Below the pieces are notes generated by a model. The model made no database searches. It saw only the letters and a program-made list of their open reading frames with translations, and had not been told where the DNA came from. A stretch of 64,000 nt of DNA, taken from NCBI GenBank assembly GCA_947457875.1, contig CANGWV010000001.1, positions 1,770-65,769 on the forward strand. The letters run 5' to 3'. Below are positions 58,250 to 64,000 of the stretch, in pieces (position 1 is the first letter of the stretch; each line of letters opens with the position of its first letter). The translations under genes were made by a program, and so were the position numbers. The stretch comes from Burkholderiaceae bacterium. Its GTDB lineage: Bacteria; Pseudomonadota; Gammaproteobacteria; Burkholderiales; Burkholderiaceae.

Positions 58250-58459
58250 TTAATGCTTATCTTTGCTACCTTCTTTTGGCAAAGCGGCGTTTAGGGCATT
58301 GGAATAGCCAATACGGGCTGTTTGGTATACGGCTACTTCAGCTTCAAGCTGAGCCAGTTTTTGATCTACAAACTGCAAGCTTGTAAATTGGGCTTTGGCA
58401 TCGTCAGATAAGCTATCTAGGGCATATTCAATATTATCGATGGTTACTGTAGACATCAT
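58250..58459 (-). CDS. Small DUF6447-like protein, copy B
   Basis: MSTVTIDNIEYALDSLSDDAKAQFTSLQFVDQKLAQLEAEVAVYQTARIGY; AAGGA RBS. Confidence 0.8.
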   Translation of the reverse strand: MMSTVTIDNIEYALDSLSDDAKAQFTSLQFVDQKLAQLEAEVAVYQTARIGYSNALNAALPKEGSKDKH

Positions 58460-58488
58460 TATTTCCTTTAAGGTGATTCATATTCTGT

Positions 58489-58594
58489 AAAACAAAACCC
58501 CAACTTTTTGAGCTGGGGTTTTATCGAAGACTACTTATTAATGACTAGGATTTACTACTTAATACTTTTGCTGCCCCACCGGTGATTTGGTGGA
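58489..58594 (-). terminator. 3' element of cassette V3
   Basis: Minus strand: CTCCACC..GGTGGGG hairpin, AGTAAATCCTAGTCATTAATA linker, AAAACCCCAGCT..AGTTGGGGTTTTGTTTT terminator. Confidence 0.8.
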
Positions 58595-58604
58595 GTATAA
58601 AAGT

Positions 58605-61600
58605 TTAACCAATTGTGAAAATATCGGTATTTGCGACAAATCCTGCTAATCCAGGAAGCGTGATGTCATTGGTTCCGAAGACTGCTGCAGTAGCGTCAGC
58701 TACACCAGCGAAAATGGCTACTGAGGTAAAGTCGGCTGCAGCTAATGCACCTGCACCTTTCGAAACTAACCAAGCATAGGAGTTTGCGTTACCAGTTCCA
58801 GTTCCTGAAGCAACGAAGAGTACTCGGTCACCAGCTACAAAGTCTGTTTGGGTTGTGAGCGCACGGTTAAATGCAACCAACGCACCTGCTGCAGTATCCA
58901 TATCAGCGTTACCAGCAATAGCATCCGAAGCAATTACTACCACAGTATTTGCGCCAATTGTTGCTCCGGCAGTAACTGCCTGCAATTTATTTGCATCGCC
59001 ATTTACCAGCAATCCGGTTGCAAAGTTTATACCCATCGTATTTGTTGCATTTTTTCCAGTATAGGTAGTGTAGGTATCTCCACCTTCAGCAACCATTCCT
59101 GCTACTGTTGTCGAAAGGTACTTAGATTGATTAATTCCAGCAGTGTCAGTAATGGTATCGGTACCATTTCCACCGGTATAAACGTCCGCACCAGCGGCAC
59201 CGGCTAAAACGTCATTACCAGCAAGGCCATTGAGCACATCAGCGCCTGACCCAGTAGTAATAGTGTCAACTCCAGCGCCACCAGTAAAGGTCACAATACC
59301 TGACCCAGTATGGGTGTAAGTATGATCACCAGTACCAAGTAGATTTACGGTAGTGTTTTGAGTTCCGGCGTTTAAAGTCATCGTAATGATTGCACTTGAA
59401 CCTACTGCATTAGTAATGGTCATTGCGCCAACAGTATTGGAAAGAGCAATACTCTGTGTGCCATTACCCGTTACATCTAGAGTAGCTGCAGCAGCTGTTG
59501 TCATTGACAATGTGGCTGTTGTAAAGGTCTGACCTGTCGTGTTGTTTAATGTAAATGCAGTAGCAGTACTTGTACGCGCCTCACTTACGATACCAAGCAG
59601 TGTGCTAGAAGCCACCATCGAATCCGCAGCACTTGCTACCGTTGCTGTATCACCGTTGTAGTAGTTGTAGTTCGTAGCGCCAACTGTAAAGCTATACACT
59701 GTATTCGCTCCAAGGTTGGCTTGTGCAAACGCCACACCTGCCGCTACCGATGCTGTTGCTGCTGCCTCTCGGACAACGCTCGTTACAAAGTTACCAGCCT
59801 GAACAAAGGATAATGTATCGCCACCCGCTTGACCATCATTGGTTGTAATAGTTGTAAACGCTGTAGCTGAGTTTAAGCCCGTGTTCGCAGTATTACGGTA
59901 TGTATGTACACCAGTTGTATGGGTCGCATCCACAATCGTATTTACACCAGAGCCAAAGTTAATCGTAGCAGTGTTGCTTGTTACGTTAGCACCATAGCTT
60001 AAGGTTAATGAATTATTACCATTACCTAAACTAAACACGTCAGCTGTTACGTTGGCTCCGCGGTTAATAACAATTGTATTATTCGCTGAATTTGCTGAGA
60101 AGTTAGCAGTCAGTACATTGTTTAATGCATTGGAGATAGTAGCGTTAATGACACCAGTTCCCGTACCAGTAATGGTTGCTGCTGAATCTGCTGTCATTGC
60201 AGTTACGGTCAATACGCCTGTACCAGTATTTGCAAGGTTAACGGTAGTAGCTGTAGAAGTACCAGCAGTATGTGTAAGGCCGCCTGAACCTGAACTGGTC
60301 AGCGTCAATGCATTAGCACCAGCAGTTAATGTGGCAGATGTCAATGTCAATAAACCAGAACCGGAGTTAGTGATTGACTGAACACCGTTGGTACCAGCTA
60401 CCAAGCTAGTGATTGTTACTGCACCTGCAGAGCTGCTTGTTAACGCAAAGCCAGCAGCACGAGAATCGATAAGGGTATGCGTTTGCGCCCCAGAACCAGC
60501 AATTGTTACTGTTGTGAGTGCTGTAGCGCCACCGCCAGTACCTAGGCCCGAATTTGTCAAGCGGCCGGTACCGGTGTTGTTGTAGGTTGCAGTAACTACA
60601 GCAACATCCTGGCTGGCGTTAACGGTCATGGCAGCGCCCGTATTGTTGACTACCAATGCGGTTGAATTGGCGCGGGTTAAGTTAATAGTTGCTGCACCTG
60701 CAGAGCTATTGGCAATCGTAATGGTGCCGGCTAAGCTGGTATTAGAAGAAACGGTCATCGCACCAGTACCTGTGCCGCTGACATTGACTGAAGCCAGTGA
60801 AGTATTTGCACCACCGTTTGAGCCGGCAAAGCTATTACCCGTTGCTGCTGTTGAGTTGTTTACTACGCTCAAAGAAGCAGCGGTTGCTGTTGCAGCATTA
60901 GCTAGCACTGTTACTGCAGAGCCATTTAGTGTATATGTTGCCAATGTTGCATCGGTAATGGCCATGGTACTAACAGCGCCGCTGGTATTGGTGTTGTTGA
61001 TGGTTAATGCTGTTACCAAGTTGGTCCATGTGCCAATGTTCAGAGCTGCATTGCCAGAAATAGCCAATGTGCTAATACCCGTACCTGCACCAGTTAAACC
61101 AGTAGAAAGATTGGTAATTGTATTGGCATAACCCAGTGCTGTAGAGGCATTATTGGTAATGTTAAGTGTACCGATTGAACCGCTAGCCATTCCACGTGAG
61201 TCACTAACGATCAAGGTACCGATGGTGTTACCCAAGTTCGTTGTCGCTGTTGTGCCGATGGTGATATTCGCTGTGCTGGTTGCGCCTGCTGTACCGGCAT
61301 AGCCCATGGTAATGCTGGTTGCTGTGCCGTTAATTGCTAAGGTAGTTGCTGCAGCAGCATTCGATACAGCAACCGTGCCTGTACCTGTCAAGGCACGAAC
61401 ACCAGTAAAGCCAGCCATGCCAGTACCGGATAGATCAAAAGTACCGGCTGAGTTTGCACCAAAGCCGAGTGTTTCAAAGCCAGTCACTGCGCCACCAGCT
61501 GCCAGGGAAACTACGCCCGTGCCGTTAAAGTTGGCAACGATGGTGTCTGCTGTATTGGTACCGCCAGCGAGTGTGCCGATGGTTTGGCCAGACAATGTAA

Positions 61601-62879
61601 CGGTTTGTAAACCAGAAGCAGCCGAACCTGCTAACGAAGCTGTGCTACCCAAGTTAATGGTCAGCGCACCAGAAGAGCTATGGGTTACGGTGGTTACGGT
61701 TGTTGGTGCTGTTGTTGTCGAGAGGCCAGCAGCGCCTGTCACGGCAATCGTTGTCAAACCAGCCATACCAGTGAAATCGGCTGTTAATACTGAAGAGCCA
61801 GAAAGGTTAAATGTACGAGCAGCAGTACCGTTAAATGTAATGAACGATGCTGTAGCGCCGGTAGAAGCATTAATTGTTGCGTACTGATTGCTTGCATCGG
61901 TAAAGGTTACAGCAGTAGCTCCTGCAGCAGCTCCGCTAGCATTAATCGCTAAGGCTAAAGTGGTGTTGGTTGCTGCTGTTGAGCCGCCTGTCGTGACTTG
62001 TACTGTACCGCCATTAACAACGCCGGTAAATGAAACGGAATTCAGAGCTGGTGAACTAATGGTTACGTTGCCGCTGTTAGTTGTTGTAACAGAAGTAATG
62101 GTTCCAGCTAATGTGCCGCTTCCAGCGTTTAAGTCATTAACGACTACCGCGCCAGTAACCACGCCAGATACTGCTGCTGCTGCAGTAGCACGGGCTGTTT
62201 GGGTGGCTGTTACTGCCGTTGTCAATGCGCCGCCGGTAAATGTAATAACGCCACCAGTAATGGTGTTGTTCACTGCGCCTGCTAAGTTAGCGATTACTGT
62301 ATTTACTGTACCGCCGTTAACGTTGATTGCAGCGGCTGTAGCCGTTGTCGCAGTAGCAGCTACTGTCTCAGCAACGTTGATCGTGCCAGTAGTGCGAGTT
62401 GCGCCAGCTTGTGTACCCGCATTAATCACCGAAGCGCCAGTCACACCAGTGGCGTTAATAGCAATATTTTGTCCGCCAGTTACGGTCAGGTTATTAGCGG
62501 CAGTTAAGGCATTATTTATGGTTGCATTTTGAGCTTGACTTGCTGCAATGCTAGACGCGTTTAATGCACCGCCACCAGGTACTTGGCCACCGGAAGAATT
62601 TAAAGTGACATTGCTTACACCAGATAGCACAGAGCCTGTAGTGTCTAAAATCACACCTTGATTGCTATTAACAACCAGGTTCTTGATATTGGTAAGGGTA
62701 GCGCCAGCAGGGGCGGCATAGGTTAGGGTTGCGTTAGCAACGGTATCTGCATTCGTAAGGCTCAATGTTGCATTGGAACCTGTGCCGGTCAAGCGATCGC
62801 CTGAGGTGAATGTTGCACCTGTGCCAATTAAACCTTCGTAGTTATTAAAGTTACTTTGGACGTCGGTACTAGTAGTGAG
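58605..62879 (-). CDS. Silent (headless) S-layer variable cassette V3, 1424 codons from the LTT junction, inverted
   Basis: Frame reads TST-LTTSTDVQSNFNNYEGLIGTGATFTSGDRLTG; no ATG/GTG/TTG upstream of internal TTG 62792; no anchor domain; RTX nonamers GGAGVDTI/GSGADVL/GLAGNDVL/GGNGTDTI. Confidence 0.85.
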   Translation of the reverse strand, partial: LTTSTDVQSNFNNYEGLIGTGATFTSGDRLTGTGSNATLSLTNADTVANATLTYAAPAGATLTNIKNLVVNSNQGVILDTTGSVLSGVSNVTLNSSGGQVPGGGALNASSIAASQAQNATINNALTAANNLTVTGGQNIAINATGVTGASVINAGTQAGATRTTGTINVAETVAATATTATAAAINVNGGTVNTVIANLAGAVNNTITGGVITFTGGALTTAVTATQTARATAAAAVSGVVTGAVVVNDLNAGSGTLAGTITSVTTTNSGNVTISSPALNSVSFTGVVNGGTVQVTTGGSTAATNTTLALAINASGAAAGATAVTFTDASNQYATINASTGATASFITFNGTAARTFNLSGSSVLTADFTGMAGLTTIAVTGAAGLSTTTAPTTVTTVTHSSSGALTINLGSTASLAGSAASGLQTVTLSGQTIGTLAGGTNTADTIVANFNGTGVVSLAAGGAVTGFETLGFGANSAGTFDLSGTGMAGFTGVRALTGTGTVAVSNAAAATTLAINGTATSITMGYAGTAGATSTANITIGTTATTNLGNTIGTLIVSDSRGMASGSIGTLNITNNASTALGYANTITNLSTGLTGAGTGISTLAISGNAALNIGTWTNLVTALTINNTNTSGAVSTMAITDATLATYTLNGSAVTVLANAATATAASLSVVNNSTAATGNSFAGSNGGANTSLASVNVSGTGTGAMTVSSNTSLAGTITIANSSAGAATINLTRANSTALVVNNTGAAMTVNASQDVAVVTATYNNTGTGRLTNSGLGTGGGATALTTVTIAGSGAQTHTLIDSRAAGFALTSSSAGAVTITSLVAGTNGVQSITNSGSGLLTLTSATLTAGANALTLTSSGSGGLTHTAGTSTATTVNLANTGTGVLTVTAMTADSAATITGTGTGVINATISNALNNVLTANFSANSANNTIVINRGANVTADVFSLGNGNNSLTLSYGANVTSNTATINFGSGVNTIVDATHTTGVHTYRNTANTGLNSATAFTTITTNDGQAGGDTLSFVQAGNFVTSVVREAAATASVAAGVAFAQANLGANTVYSFTVGATNYNYYNGDTATVASAADSMVASSTLLGIVSEARTSTATAFTLNNTTGQTFTTATLSMTTAAAATLDVTGNGTQSIALSNTVGAMTITNAVGSSAIITMTLNAGTQNTTVNLLGTGDHTYTHTGSGIVTFTGGAGVDTITTGSGADVLNGLAGNDVLAGAAGADVYTGGNGTDTITDTAGINQSKYLSTTVAGMVAEGGDTYTTYTGKNATNTMGINFATGLLVNGDANKLQAVTAGATIGANTVVVIASDAIAGNADMDTAAGALVAFNRALTTQTDFVAGDRVLFVASGTGTGNANSYAWLVSKGAGALAAADFTSVAIFAGVADATAAVFGTNDITLPGLAGFVANTDIFTIG

Positions 62880-62889
62880 TGTACTTGTT
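62856..62889 (-). repeat. Candidate recombination site 3, head of V3, inverted relative to sites 1 and 2
   Basis: Minus strand AACAAGTA-CACTCAC-TACTAGTACCGACGTCCAA; AGTA/TACT inverted arms flank the core; shares TACACTCAC with site 1. Confidence 0.8.
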
Positions 62890-63031
62890 AAGAAGGCATA
62901 GCAGGTATATAAAATATACGTTAAGATGTTATCTTCAAGATTTAGTTTGCAATATTTTTACTAGACAATCTAAATCATTTTTAATAAATTATTTATGTAA
63001 CTAATTTATTAAAAAATTTATAAATTTTAAT

Positions 63032-63053
63032 AAACCCGTTCCGACGGGTTTTT
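63032..63053. terminator. Hairpin with T-tracts on both strands between V3 and the recombinase (possible bidirectional terminator)
   Basis: AAACCCGT-tccg-ACGGGTTT-TT within a very AT-rich spacer. Confidence 0.6.
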
Positions 63054-63105
63054 GCATTTTGAGGATCAGAAAACATTTTTTACTAATTTTCTATAGTAAT
63101 TATTT

Positions 63106-64000
63106 ATGCAAATGTATTTAGATGACCAATTACTTTCTACCTTAAAGGTTCCTAGTGGTAAGACTCGTCTTACGGTTAGTGATAAAGCTTGTCCAGGCCT
63201 TAGCATTGAAATTCGCAATCCAAAAGGAGCGTCTTGGAGAATTCGGTATAGCTATGAAAAAATTCAACACTGCCTAACGATTGGAAAAGCAAGTGACTTG
63301 AGTTTAGATGAGGCTCGTCAGATCGGCTATGCAGTCAAAAAATTATTAACTGCTAAAGAGGACCCATCGCAGATATTGTTGCAGACAAGTGGGCATAGTT
63401 GTCCGACCTTTTCACTCTTTATTGAAAAGAACTATCTTCCACATATTCGCTCTTATAAACGATGCGTAAGTGCGGATATGACCTTACTTGATAATCATTT
63501 AATTCCGGCTTTTGGTCATTTAAAGCTCAATAAAATTGGGCGCTATCAAGTGGTTGAGTTTTTACAGGCTAAAGTGAGGGCAGGCTACAAGCCGGGCTAC
63601 TGCAATCGTTTCTTGGTTCTTTTAAGCTTTTGCTTTAATTTAGCCCTCAAGTGGGAGATACCTGGTGTTAAGCAAAATCCAGTTAAAGGGGTGGATTTAC
63701 TTAAAAATCTAAATAAAACGGAGCGCTATCTACAGGCCACCGAAATTCAAAGCCTATTAAATGCCTTAGAGGACAGTCCGAACCCTTTACTTAAATACTT
63801 TGTACCCCTTGCTTTGTTAACCGGGGCACGCAAACGGGAATTGCTGGATGCCAGGTGGTCTGATATTAATTTTGAGTCTAAAGTGTGGCGAATTCCGATG
63901 ACTAAATCAGGTAGACCATTAAACGTTCCCTTAACACCCCAGGCCGTTTGCATATTACTTAGCCTAAAGGAAAAGTTACCTTTGTTATTGGAAAGCGTCC
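63106..64000 (+). CDS. Tyrosine recombinase/integrase (partial; runs off the window; missing from the ORF track)
   Basis: Hand translation gives 298 open codons: MQMYLDDQLL..SDKACPGLSIEI..SWRIRY..LTIG..LSLDEAR (arm-binding-like N-domain) ..NPV..ERYL..LALLTGARKRELLDARWSDI..WRIPMTKSGRPLNVPL (catalytic Arg and Lys). Confidence 0.93.
   Translation, partial: MQMYLDDQLLSTLKVPSGKTRLTVSDKACPGLSIEIRNPKGASWRIRYSYEKIQHCLTIGKASDLSLDEARQIGYAVKKLLTAKEDPSQILLQTSGHSCPTFSLFIEKNYLPHIRSYKRCVSADMTLLDNHLIPAFGHLKLNKIGRYQVVEFLQAKVRAGYKPGYCNRFLVLLSFCFNLALKWEIPGVKQNPVKGVDLLKNLNKTERYLQATEIQSLLNALEDSPNPLLKYFVPLALLTGARKRELLDARWSDINFESKVWRIPMTKSGRPLNVPLTPQAVCILLSLKEKLPLLLESV

Noticed and set aside
48954-62532. Many 60-260-aa Val/Pro/Ala-rich ORFs antisense to the S-layer cassettes
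   Set aside because: Shadow frames produced by the biased Ala/Thr/Gly codon usage of the real genes.

Overview
Chromosomal window from a betaproteobacterium. Gene content and order point to Burkholderiaceae, Polynucleobacter-like (inference). 1-15.6 kb is core housekeeping (leuS, lptE, holA, proA, hemJ, THUMP rRNA methyltransferase, rubredoxin, hemL, apaH, photolyase, yqgE, ruvX, pyrR, pyrB) with one inserted AAA+/DUF4143 gene. 15.7-42.7 kb is a large surface-glycan island: rfbBDAC, waaC, manC, gmd/rmd, Gtr-like genes, wcaJ, wzz/wzy/wzx and glycosyltransferases. 42.9-47.2 kb is a type I secretion system, followed by a CRP-family regulator; CRP boxes lie upstream of both the T1SS operon and the S-layer gene. 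The main finding is at 48.5-64 kb, a candidate shufflon-like S-layer switching locus. It has one complete RsaA/SapA-like S-layer gene (153-aa N-terminal anchor domain plus variable part) and two headless, start-less S-layer cassettes, one direct and one inverted. All three carry the same in-frame 7-bp core CACTCAC, flanked by imperfect inverted half-sites, exactly at the constant/variable junction. A tyrosine recombinase gene, absent from the ORF track because it runs off the window, starts about 220 bp beyond the outermost site. Nested inversions would fuse any of three C-terminal cassettes to the single expressed N-terminus. The architecture is read directly from the sequence; switching itself is inferred. 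Family assignments come from motif recognition, not database searches.
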